Source of the DNA: Thermoleophilia bacterium
GTDB taxonomy: Bacteria > Actinomycetota > Thermoleophilia > RBG-16-64-13
Length of the DNA: 24,000 bases
Direction: 5' to 3'
Assembly (NCBI GenBank): GCA_038204345.1
Contig: JBBRDB010000006.1
Span: 13,191 to 37,190 of the forward strand
Of the stretch, positions 8,289 to 16,042 are shown piece by piece. The notes beneath the pieces were generated by a model. The model searched no databases, was not told where the DNA came from, and saw only the letters and a program-made list of their open reading frames with translations. Both the position numbers and the translations under genes were made by a program. Numbering within the stretch: the stretch's first letter is position 1; the number at the start of each line of letters is the position of its first letter.

Positions 8289-8630
8289 GTGAACCGAGGC
8301 ATAGCGACGAGTTGTCCGTCGGGGCCCTGCGCGTGGCTGCCAGGTCTTGACAGGACGGTAGCCTCGATGTCAGGGCACGAGGTGATATCGTACTTCAGGG
8401 GTAGAAAGCCGTACGTGCACGTGGGGCCGTCCCCCAGGTTCAATCTGGATCTTGAGGAGCCCGTGATGGCAGTGATCGCCGAAACGGTCGAGCGACATGG
8501 CCAGAAGAGTGACTCTGAGATCAAAACCTTGGTGTACTTGACTGACCCAATGCGTAACTTGATTCGCCGTGAGAAGCGCGGCGAGGACACGAGACGCGAG
8601 GTGGTTCTCCGACCTAACGACGAAGTCTAG
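8289..8630 (+). CDS. Small hypothetical protein (alternative start ATG 8367)
   Basis: The ORF begins 8 nt after the preceding stop and GGGAG lies just upstream. The sequence ...PVMAVIAETVERHGQKSDSEIKTLVYLTDPMRNLIRREKRGED has no domain I can name. Confidence 0.45.
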   Translation: MNRGIATSCPSGPCAWLPGLDRTVASMSGHEVISYFRGRKPYVHVGPSPRFNLDLEEPVMAVIAETVERHGQKSDSEIKTLVYLTDPMRNLIRREKRGEDTRREVVLRPNDEV

Positions 8631-8668
8631 AACTTGCCCGGCGATAATGGCTCAGGCCTCGGCCAGCG

Positions 8669-8696
8669 TTGACAGGTGGCATCGGATACGTATATT
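8669..8696 (+). promoter_or_regulatory. Sigma-70-like promoter candidate for the 8846-11083 gene set
   Basis: TTGACA (8669-8674), a 16-nt spacer, then TATATT (8691-8696). This would give a ~145-nt leader before ATG 8846. Confidence 0.35.
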
Positions 8697-8845
8697 GTAG
8701 GGATTGCGAGGCCTCCAATGAGGTGAATCAGGGCAGCTACCGTAGGCTACCTACCGCCCTCCTGTAATTGGGGTTTCTGAGTCTGGGCAACAACCTAGGA
8801 CCCAAAGATCAGTGCTTTGCCCCCGCCGCGTTAAGGACTAGACAA

Positions 8846-9874
8846 ATGCAAAGACACATTACTCGGCCTCGAATGCTACAGGTGCTGGCCCTCGGAATCA
8901 TGCTAGCATTCGCCGCCGAGGGCTATGCGGCTGCGTCAGTAAACGTCATTGACGTGAGGCAGAAGTATCGGGATGAATACACCGGACAAGCGTTCGATTA
9001 TGAGCCTGGCTCTCCGTTGAGACAGATCGAGAAGCTGTCGATAAAATACACTATTTCGGGTTCAAACTTCTACCGCTTTATCATTTATGACAGAGGTGCA
9101 AATCGATATGTCCAGGATGTGACCATATATCACTCATCTACGTCAGGTACTTATTGGCTCAACTTGTCATGGATATGGAAGAGAACGCCAGATTCATATG
9201 AGGTTAGGGCTTACGAATACCATGGAGTTGCTCCTGAATGGCAAGTCAACGATACTACGATAGGACCCGTAACTGCAGATGATAATTCCGTTGGACCCGA
9301 GGGTAGGTGGTCACCAAATCAGTATACATGGGGAATTAAGTCTAACGAGCAGACATTCTATGTTGATTATACACAGTACCTATGGTGGTTTGACCATCCA
9401 AGTTCCAATCATTTTAGGGGAACTGAACGACTGAATCATTTCAAGTCCCATACCACGTGGCCCGGGGCCCAGTTGCAACATGAATTTAGGAGAACAGTGC
9501 CGGATGGGATTGCGTCTAAAGAGGGCTGGGATGCGTACTATATTGGCTTTGGGGGATACCTAACTGCCTACGGAGCGCTATCGAATATGCCTGATTGGAG
9601 AATCGAGGGTGAAGAAATGGGTCTTCCTGGTCCTTATCAGGGGGATGAAGAAGCTCAGATTCTTGCGGAGGATCCACAGAGTTTTGTGGTGGATTCCGGG
9701 AGTGATCCTACGAACTTCTATTATCAAGGATACTGGTCGCGAATGACATTTCGCAGACTCACCGGGTATACGGGTCAGTCTTTCTGGATGAGGACCGAGT
9801 TCGAAATGAAGGAGTCATCTATCGATACTCAATTGGATGTGGCGGGCGCGACTATACATACCACAACCTTCTAA
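8846..9874 (+). CDS. Secreted protein of unknown function (W/Y-rich)
   Basis: ATG 8846 follows AAGGAC and is in frame with track ORF 8768-9874. Signal peptide: MQRHITRPRMLQVLALGIMLAFAAEGYAAAS. The sequence is visibly AT-richer than its neighbours. I recognised no family. Confidence 0.75.
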   Translation: MQRHITRPRMLQVLALGIMLAFAAEGYAAASVNVIDVRQKYRDEYTGQAFDYEPGSPLRQIEKLSIKYTISGSNFYRFIIYDRGANRYVQDVTIYHSSTSGTYWLNLSWIWKRTPDSYEVRAYEYHGVAPEWQVNDTTIGPVTADDNSVGPEGRWSPNQYTWGIKSNEQTFYVDYTQYLWWFDHPSSNHFRGTERLNHFKSHTTWPGAQLQHEFRRTVPDGIASKEGWDAYYIGFGGYLTAYGALSNMPDWRIEGEEMGLPGPYQGDEEAQILAEDPQSFVVDSGSDPTNFYYQGYWSRMTFRRLTGYTGQSFWMRTEFEMKESSIDTQLDVAGATIHTTTF

Positions 9875-9910
9875 GCGTCCAACGATCTAGTTAAGCAATG
9901 GAGGGGAAGT

Positions 9911-10735
9911 ATGAGTACCCGGCTAAGGACCGTCAAGATAGGGGCATTCTTGGGTATCGGAGTTCTAGGTGCGTGGGGGGCCTGGTCCGCAGGAGCGTCC
10001 GCGATTGGCTCGAACAGCAGCGCGACAGAGGTCGCGCCTATTGTCAGTCCTGTGCTTTGGGAGGAAGGTCCCTCAGGTGAGTTGACCGAGGTACGGGGTG
10101 CGGTGGTTAACAGCAGGGCGGGAGTCCCCGCAGATCTTCCGGAGGACCTTCAGGAGGTAACAGAGGCCGGGGGAGCAAGTTCTCCTCTTGTAGCGGAACA
10201 GCTGGCTGCCATCGATGAGAATGCCACAAGGCTCGCTGATGCAACCCTGATTGTCGTGACGACGCCCGCTATGGAGACGCGGCAAGACGTCTTGGACTAC
10301 ATCGCGGGTCAGCGGGAGGCTTTGAGGGCGGCTGAGCAATCGGATGATGATACCGAGGTGGTCGCTGTCATCACCCTCTCCCGCCCGATTTCGCAGGATG
10401 AACTGGATGGATTGCGGACTAAGACTGGCTTTACCTTTGACTATTTTGAGTGGATAGGAACCGAGGGTATTTCCGGCGTTGTTTCTACAGTCGTGGCGTC
10501 TGATCTGGACGAAGTGCAGAGGAATATTGCTGATTCGGGAGTCGAGGTAATTGGGTATATCGCGGTTCGTGTTGCGGCCAGTGTTCGAGGCTTGCTTGAG
10601 TTAGGTGAAGATCCTCTTGTAGATGCTGTTGACCCAGGTCCGCTGAGTCAAATACTGGAGGCCAAACGCAATGGCACGGCGTACGTGGTGCAGATGCCAC
10701 CGAGACTCTACTACAAGCTCCACCACCTGAAGTAG
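9911..10735 (+). CDS. Secreted or anchored protein of unknown function
   Basis: ATG 9911 follows GGAGGGGAAGT and lies 36 nt after the previous stop. N-terminal signal or anchor: KIGAFLGIGVLGAWGAWSAGASA. The mature part is acidic. Confidence 0.75.
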   Translation: MSTRLRTVKIGAFLGIGVLGAWGAWSAGASAIGSNSSATEVAPIVSPVLWEEGPSGELTEVRGAVVNSRAGVPADLPEDLQEVTEAGGASSPLVAEQLAAIDENATRLADATLIVVTTPAMETRQDVLDYIAGQREALRAAEQSDDDTEVVAVITLSRPISQDELDGLRTKTGFTFDYFEWIGTEGISGVVSTVVASDLDEVQRNIADSGVEVIGYIAVRVAASVRGLLELGEDPLVDAVDPGPLSQILEAKRNGTAYVVQMPPRLYYKLHHLK

Positions 10736-10788
10736 CAGTCATGATGCGTGAGGGCAGAGCCAGCGTGGCCACCCTGTTAGGGCATGGC

Positions 10789-10812
10789 GAACCTCGCATG
10801 GTAGTGAGGTTC
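10789..10812 (+). terminator. Stem-loop downstream of 9911-10735 (7-bp stem, no U-tract)
   Basis: GAACCTC (10789-10795), a 10-nt loop, then GAGGTTC (10806-10812). It is nested inside a second pairing, ATGCGTG (near 10744) with CACGCAT (near 10821). Confidence 0.3.
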
Positions 10813-10852
10813 TCGGTCCACGCATGTTGAGCTTTCCCGGTAGGAGCGGTGT

Positions 10853-11083
10853 ATGAGTCCCAGCGCGCGGTCGTCGGTCATACGAGTGGTATCGGTTTGG
10901 GTGCTTGGAGTGGCGGTGTTGGCTCTCATCGGAGTGGCGGCACTTACCTTTGTCACTGGGCAGTTTAACCTCGCGGCTGTCGATTTCTTCTTCGTCGTAT
11001 CAATCGCGATTGTCTGGTCTCTGGCCATGGGGTCGATCGCTATTCGCATATGTCGAGGAAGTCGAGGAAGAGGTGGCCGGTGA
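10853..11083 (+). CDS. Small membrane protein (2 predicted TM helices)
   Basis: ATG 10853 follows GTAGGAGCGGTGT. Hydrophobic segments: VVSVWVLGVAVLALIGVAALTFV and VDFFFVVSIAIVWSLAMGSIAI. The tail is basic. Confidence 0.55.
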   Translation: MSPSARSSVIRVVSVWVLGVAVLALIGVAALTFVTGQFNLAAVDFFFVVSIAIVWSLAMGSIAIRICRGSRGRGGR

Positions 11084-11489
11084 ACTTGGGATGTCCTGAA
11101 GGCCGGCGGCCCCTCGGAAGAGTATGTGCCCGTCGACCTGCTGCCCTTTTGCGACCTTGCCGAATAGAACGAAGCTCATAGTTGGTGCCGTGAAATGCAC
11201 ACGTCTCCGCAGGGGGAACTCGCATCGAAAACGGTGTGCTGCGGCTGCGGAAGGTCACCTTCAAGCCCTTCGACTTCTTCGCCAACTGTGAGTACTTCGA
11301 AGGGGGCTACAACTATCACGAAGTGCTAGAAGTGGCCCCGGTTGAGCGGCCACGGCGGCGGCGTGGGGCCGGACGACGGCCCGGTGGAACTGGACGGTGC
11401 CTATGAGCACTCCGGGCGAGGACGTCCTTTCCACCCTGCATGAGGAGATAATCGGTTACGAAGGCATGAAGATCGACAGCATGTTCTTC

Positions 11490-11775
11490 GAGAAGTTCGA
11501 GAACGCGCTCCGTACCGAGAACGCGCTCCGTACCAAGCCCTGGGACGAAGAGGCCCAGAAGGATGAGCAGATGAAGGAGCTGAACCGGAAGGTCGGGGAA
11601 CTCGTCTCGGCCTCGACAACCTGAGGGAGGCCCAGAAGGGACGCCCTTTCGCCCAGGAGACGTCAGACGAGTGAGAATGGTGTTCCCCCACGCCTCGGAA
11701 CGCCGAGTCTGCCTCCTTGAGGTGCCGCGTTCTGCCATGAATGATCGGTGTTCCAAAGCACAGAAGGAGCCAGGA
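11490..11775 (+). pseudogene. Internal fragment of an IS3-family transposase gene (OrfA C-terminus and OrfB N-terminus)
   Basis: EKF-ENALRT-ENALRTKPWDEEAQKDEQMKELNRKVGEL is the OrfA coiled-coil. With a 1-nt shift it continues LGLDNLREAQKGRPFAQETSDE*. The overlapping OrfB-type frame reads SERRVCLLEVPRSAM.... It has no HTH part, no DDE core and no IRs. Confidence 0.65.
11499..11534 (+). repeat. Perfect 18-bp tandem duplication GAGAACGCGCTCCGTACC x2
   Basis: I read it directly: 11499-11516 equals 11517-11534. It duplicates the ENALRT codons. Confidence 0.95.
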
Positions 11776-12021
11776 TAGGAACGCACGTTAACTCTGGCAG
11801 CGTATACTGCCAGGAACGAGCATCTGAGCGGTGCGGGATTGGCACCTTATCTTGTCAGCGCAGAGACGCAGAATCCGATGAGTATCAAGACTGTCGGGAT
11901 GAGGCTCTGGACAGAACCCAGAGTGCTCGGTCGGGATGGACCGGAACCTACGAGCTATTTGGCGCGAAATGGAAGAAGGAGATGTCGATCCGATAGACTG
12001 GGATATGGGGGCAGTAAACGA

Positions 12022-13446
12022 ATGGTGGCGGAAACCGCAGTTCGGTTCTCATCGGAGGCCTTGCGCATAGCTTTGGCGCTGTTTTACAACAAGGCACAAT
12101 TGGTGCATCGTCTCACTGAAACCGTGGACATTGTGGAGACGCGGCTACGCCGGACCGTGAGCGTTAGTATGACCATACCCTATTCAGGCACCACCGGCCC
12201 AACCGAACCACCTAAACACTCGCGCCTGGTCATTCCGCTCCTTACGGTAAGACGAGGACACTTGCTAGACAACTTTGATGTTGCAGATGGTTGTGGTTGT
12301 TCGGTACCTGTGCTATCTCAGGATGAGAACAAACGCGTGGCCAGATTGTTGCTCGAATCCCGCTTCGATAGTTTGGCAAAGAAGTCGCCAGCGGGCTTTC
12401 CCGAGGATCAGCTGTCAGAACTGAAGAAGCTAGTCTTGAGCATCCCTCAACTGCCACCTGACCAAGCTGAAGCACTTTGGGCCGACCTCTTCGAAGGTAC
12501 GGGGGGCCTGGAACTCGCCGATTACGCCTTTATTCTTCACGATAATGGGCTGTGCCGACTATCAAGCTTCTTTTGCCGGAGCTACCTCACATCAGTAGAA
12601 CTCACAGCTGCGCCCTCAGACCTCCTTATTCTGAAGTATAGCTACGATTCAGGCTACGATAGGAAATACACGCCCAGGGATCAAGCGAATTTGACCGAGC
12701 GCTTTCGACGCAAGATTAGGCAACGGCCATATTCCTTTGCATTCGATGCTGCGCTTGCCTTCACTGTACCTAGCTATCACTTTCTTATGGCTGCTCCAGA
12801 AGGACACTACTGTTCCCGCCAGAGCATACTGGGCTCCGATCTGCCGAGTGGCCCGGTGTTGGATGCGTCTCCCAAGCCATACGGTGATTGGCCTATTCCC
12901 AGTGACGTGCAGGTTAAGAAGTCGGCCGATCTTGGTATGCCATACGCTCACCTCTACATTTATGGCCTGATACGTCATGCTACGCCTACTCGCGACGTTA
13001 CAGCGCGAGTTGTGTTCTATGAGATACCTCCCGGGGCTACTGGTTTTGCCTTCCTATTTGCGCTCGCAACGGCTGTATCATGTGCCGTACTGACCATATT
13101 CTTTCGGCAGGTCTCTACCGAATCAGGGTTGGCCGCAATCTTTTTGTCGTTGATCGGCGTGGCGGCGTTGTGGTTAAGGCCGACTTTGGACCGAGTAAAT
13201 CTCCTTCAGGCTCCATTGTCTGCACGTGTGGGTCTCTTCATTACCGGGTCGTCTGTCATTGCTGCCGCGCTATGCTTGATCGTCGCGGCTTCTTTCCACG
13301 CGGTGAAGGGGGTGAGCTATTGGGTGCCACAGGGCATCATGATTGCTGTTTCGGTTGTTATGGTCGTATTGTCGGGATACTTGTTCTGGAAGTTAATCAC
13401 CAACTACCGTAAGTACAGACTCGAAGCCGCAAGGCCTGGTGTATAG
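12022..13446 (+). CDS. Membrane protein with a ~370-aa N-terminal soluble domain plus 4 C-terminal TM helices, unknown function
   Basis: The track ORF 11839-13446 is the longest non-IS ORF in the window. I prefer ATG 12022 (MVAETAVRF...) because the upstream in-frame extension is Arg-rich and looks non-coding. ATG 11878 cannot be excluded. C-terminal TM segments: GFAFLFALATAVSCAVLTIFF, LAAIFLSLIGVAALWL, VGLFITGSSVIAAALCLIVAASF, GIMIAVSVVMVVLSGYLFWKLI. I recognised no domain. Confidence 0.75.
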   Translation: MVAETAVRFSSEALRIALALFYNKAQLVHRLTETVDIVETRLRRTVSVSMTIPYSGTTGPTEPPKHSRLVIPLLTVRRGHLLDNFDVADGCGCSVPVLSQDENKRVARLLLESRFDSLAKKSPAGFPEDQLSELKKLVLSIPQLPPDQAEALWADLFEGTGGLELADYAFILHDNGLCRLSSFFCRSYLTSVELTAAPSDLLILKYSYDSGYDRKYTPRDQANLTERFRRKIRQRPYSFAFDAALAFTVPSYHFLMAAPEGHYCSRQSILGSDLPSGPVLDASPKPYGDWPIPSDVQVKKSADLGMPYAHLYIYGLIRHATPTRDVTARVVFYEIPPGATGFAFLFALATAVSCAVLTIFFRQVSTESGLAAIFLSLIGVAALWLRPTLDRVNLLQAPLSARVGLFITGSSVIAAALCLIVAASFHAVKGVSYWVPQGIMIAVSVVMVVLSGYLFWKLITNYRKYRLEAARPGV

Positions 13447-13477
13447 TATGTTGTATGGTGTAGAATATGTTGTATGG
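13447..13477 (+). repeat. 12-nt perfect direct repeat TATGTTGTATGG x2 in the intergenic spacer
   Basis: 13447-13458 equals 13466-13477. The second copy contains the ATG at 13474. The first copy contains ATG 13455, which opens only ATG-GTG-TAG. Confidence 0.9.
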
Positions 13478-14073
13478 AACGTTTTGAACGGCAGTGTGAC
13501 ACCGGAAGTGAGGATGATAGAGATATAATGCCAGTAGATGTCGATCGTCTGAGGGAAATGGTGCAATTCCTTCCGCCCAAGGGGGGAGAGTACCGAGTAC
13601 ATAGCGCGGAGAGCTTTGCTTCCCCTGGCCCCTCGCTTACCGACCAAGAAATCGAAGAGATGGGGGCTGCGATCGATGAAGCCTGGGGGCGCTGGCAAGC
13701 AGAATCGGCGCAGGAGTTAGAGCAGGCAGACCAACTTGCGCGTGAGTTATCGCAGGTGATAGCCCAGACAACGCCGGAAGACCGCTCGGCTCTCCGGGAC
13801 TACATAACCAAGCGACTAAGTCGACTGGAGGCGGCTATGCCCAACAAGCCAGGTTCGCAGCATTGTGTAGTGCCAAGTCAGGACGGCGGATGGCATGTCA
13901 AGAGGGACGGCGCCGACCGCAGCAGTGGTCACTTCGACAAGAAGCAGGACGCCGTTGATGCCGGGCGCAAGATTAGCCAGAACCAAGGCACCGAGTTTGT
14001 CATGCACAACAAGGACGGAAAGATAGCTGGCAAGGACAGCCACGGTAACGATCCCTTCCCCCCCAAAGGTTGA
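13474..14073 (+). CDS. Protein with an N-terminal acidic/coiled-coil region and a C-terminal DUF2188 domain
   Basis: The C-terminal ~70 aa (HCVVPSQDGGWHVKRDGADRSSGHFDKKQDAVDAGRKISQNQGTEFVMHNKDGKIAGKDSHGNDPFPPKG) matches the DUF2188 pattern as I remember it (V-P..GGW.VK..GA.R.s..f.tk.eA...ar..A.....el.iH..dG.i...dsyG.DP.PPkG). Alternative start: ATG 13528. Confidence 0.75.
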   Translation: MERFERQCDTGSEDDRDIMPVDVDRLREMVQFLPPKGGEYRVHSAESFASPGPSLTDQEIEEMGAAIDEAWGRWQAESAQELEQADQLARELSQVIAQTTPEDRSALRDYITKRLSRLEAAMPNKPGSQHCVVPSQDGGWHVKRDGADRSSGHFDKKQDAVDAGRKISQNQGTEFVMHNKDGKIAGKDSHGNDPFPPKG

Positions 14074-14222
14074 TCGGGAACGTTGTGTTGGACCCCTTCC
14101 GTCGGCTCCTCTTCCGGAGAGGGCGTGCCTGCCCCATTTTCAGAGTGCTAACATAGGCACTGTCAAATCCAACTCCAACTCTGATCTTGACCCGCTTCCG
14201 TTGACACTCTGCGAATGGACCA

Positions 14223-14327
14223 TTGGTCCAGAAGGAAGTCGACCTGGCACATACGCCGGAGTTCCGCAGAGAGGCAGTCCTGCCACATCGAGTCGGCCAG
14301 CGCGGCATCAAAACGACGTTGGCGTAG
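14223..14327 (+). pseudogene. Short remnant of another IS3-family OrfA (HTH N-terminus)
   Basis: LVQKEVDLAHTPEFRREAVLPHRVGQRGIKTTLA* contains the T-PEF+.EAV motif typical of IS3-group OrfA N-termini. Only about 35 codons are present. Confidence 0.35.
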
Positions 14328-14415
14328 TCATCTTCGTGGTGGCTTTCCTCTCACCACGGTGGTAGTTTGGTTCCGTTGCTCTGTCTCGCAGAATTGCGCG
14401 TGTGGAAAGGACCTT

Positions 14416-14994
14416 GAACCGCACCGAGTTTGTTGGAGGCTCCGACTCTTGAGAGGATGGAGCCATGAACAGACGAGCAAGGTATCCACAGGAGATGAGG
14501 GAGCGGTCCGTCCGCATGGTGTTCGAGCACCAGGACGAGTACGACTCTCAATGGGCGGCGATCACGTCGGTCGCGACCAAGTTGGGGATGACCCCCGAGA
14601 CGCTGCGGAAGTGGGTGCGCCGGGCCGAGATCGACGAAGGCCAGCGTCCCGGGCTCACCACCAGCGAGCGTGAGCGCCTCAAGGAGCTCGAGAAGGAGAA
14701 CAAAGAGCTCCGGCGCGCGAATGAGATCCTGAAAGCAGCCGCAGCTTTCTTCGGGGCGGAGCTCGACCGCCGACCGAAGAAATGACCCGGTTCATTGACG
14801 ATCATAAGCAGGTGTACGGGGTCGAGCCGATGTGCGCTGTTCTGCCCATCGCCCCTTCCACCTACTACGCGAGCAAGTCCCGTCCTCTTTCGGGGCGCGC
14901 CCTCGCTGACCAGGAGCTCGAGAAGGACATCCAGCGCATCTACGACGAGAACTACGGCGTCTATGGCGTGCGCAAGGTCTGGCGACAGCTCCGG
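14416..14994 (+). mobile_element. IS3-family element, left part only (3' truncated)
   Basis: The putative left IR starts TGAACCGCACCGAG at 14416. A complete OrfA is present. OrfB homology ends after ...GVRKVWRQLR at about 14994. There is no DDE core and no right IR. Confidence 0.8.
14465..14785 (+). CDS. IS3-family transposase OrfA (HTH plus leucine zipper)
   Basis: [22 protein letters not shown]...[20 protein letters not shown]...[51 protein letters not shown] lies upstream. The stop overlaps the next ATG (ATGA at 14782-14785). Confidence 0.85.
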   Translation: MNRRARYPQEMRERSVRMVFEHQDEYDSQWAAITSVATKLGMTPETLRKWVRRAEIDEGQRPGLTTSERERLKELEKENKELRRANEILKAAAAFFGAELDRRPKK

Positions 14995-15279
14995 CATCTT
15001 CCGCCGGTCCCAAGTCTGAGCGATGCATCCAAGGCGCTCGTGGTCAAAGATGATGGTCAAGTAGGGGTGGTCGAACTCGTACCCCTTGAGGACTTCGGGA
15101 GCGCGTCCGCCCGGAACAAGTGGCGGGGCTACGTGTTCGTGAGTACCCGAGACGAACTGGAACGGCTACGAGTAGCGAAGGCGGTTTCCCAAGTTCTGGC
15201 GGCTGAGGGTGTACGAGTCTCGGAGCGCGCGTTCAGTGCCGCCGGACTCGACCCCAACGAGGTGGCGAACTCGTACTAG
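14782..15279 (+). pseudogene. Chimeric ORF: the first ~70 codons of IS3 OrfB fused in frame to ~95 unrelated codons
   Basis: [71 protein letters not shown] is IS3 OrfB N-terminus. The expected REG..VARCTVERLM is replaced from 14995 by HLPPVPSLSDASKALVVKDDGQVGVVELVPLEDF... Confidence 0.7.
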
Positions 15280-16042
15280 TCGCGCGGGCACACTCGGATA
15301 ACCGCATCGAATCACCCGCAAGACAATGCTTGGCAGCGAGGATGTGCGATCCGCGTCACCTCGCACCCGCCACACGTTGGGTACACGTACTCGGACGAGC
15401 GCCATCTCGCCATTGTGCTGCCGTTCCTCCACTGGGGCGAGCGTGAACCAATCCAGCGTTAATACGTGGCTGGACCGTGATTTCATGATGGGTGACAACT
15501 CGAGACCCAAGCCGCTTGCCTTGCTCTGTGCCACCTGATACTGTGGCGCAGCTGTCGCTGAATAGGTGGCCACACGAAGGGAACGCCCCGTCTCTCTGGG
15601 TGCTTATTCGTGAGAGAACGAGGTGGCCGACTCCCGCGAAGCAGGTCGCCCAACGCTTCTGGTAACGGTTGGTTGGACCCCGTCGTGCCCGCATTCGGCC
15701 AAGAGGCGACTCACCCAAGGAGAGTGGGCCCTGATGCAGACCCACGGTTACCTTCGTCTCCTCGGTGGTGGTAGCATCGTGGCTGGCCGGCCTCCTTATC
15801 TTTGGGCCCATGAGCCAGACTCAGATTGGGGACCATACGGTACTCCGGGGGAGGCTGGCACTCTCATCCCATCTGCTAGCAGCGGCCGCGTGACTTCCGA
15901 AGACCGACGAGAGGAGAAGAGGTTGTCGGTCAGAACGGCGAGAGCGGGCAGGGTGCTTCCAAATGAGTTTGTGGCGCAGCGAGGGCCAGGTGACCAATTG
16001 AGCCACAAGAAGAAGGACATCCACATAGACAAGGAGAAACCT

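Noticed and set aside
11195-11410. The region downstream of the 2-TM gene looks coding in places (…GTRIENGVLRLRKVTFKPFDFFANCEYFEGGYNYHEVLEVAP…).
   Set aside because: The frame has no start codon giving more than 56 aa, no SD, and no family I recognise. It may be a gene scrap, but I cannot support a feature call.
14216-14230. A perfect palindrome TGGACCA-T-TGGTCCA lies next to a TTGACA hexamer (14201-14206).
   Set aside because: Palindromes with 7-bp arms are expected about once per window by chance. This one lies inside an IS3 OrfA scrap with no gene to regulate.
15166-15811. Minus-strand ORFs 15166-15573 and 15356-15811 lie in the spacer upstream of the amidase gene.
   Set aside because: They have no SD and no recognisable motifs, they overlap each other and the chimeric ORF end, and their composition looks non-coding. 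The spacer has a few short imperfect hairpins (for example 15525-15575), but nothing beyond chance.
15623-16042. The track ORFs carry long N-terminal extensions: 15623 for the amidase gene, 3346 for the NlpC/P60 gene, 2271 for the propeller gene, 8768 for the secreted protein and 11839 for the 4-TM gene.
   Set aside because: For the first four genes an internal ATG sits just downstream of an SD-like sequence (strong GGAGG/AAGGAG type for three, weaker AAGGAC at 8846) and gives an N-terminal signal peptide or anchor. The 4-TM gene has no signal peptide and only a weak GGGGG upstream of ATG 12022. In all cases the extensions overlap upstream genes or have Arg-rich, non-coding-like composition.
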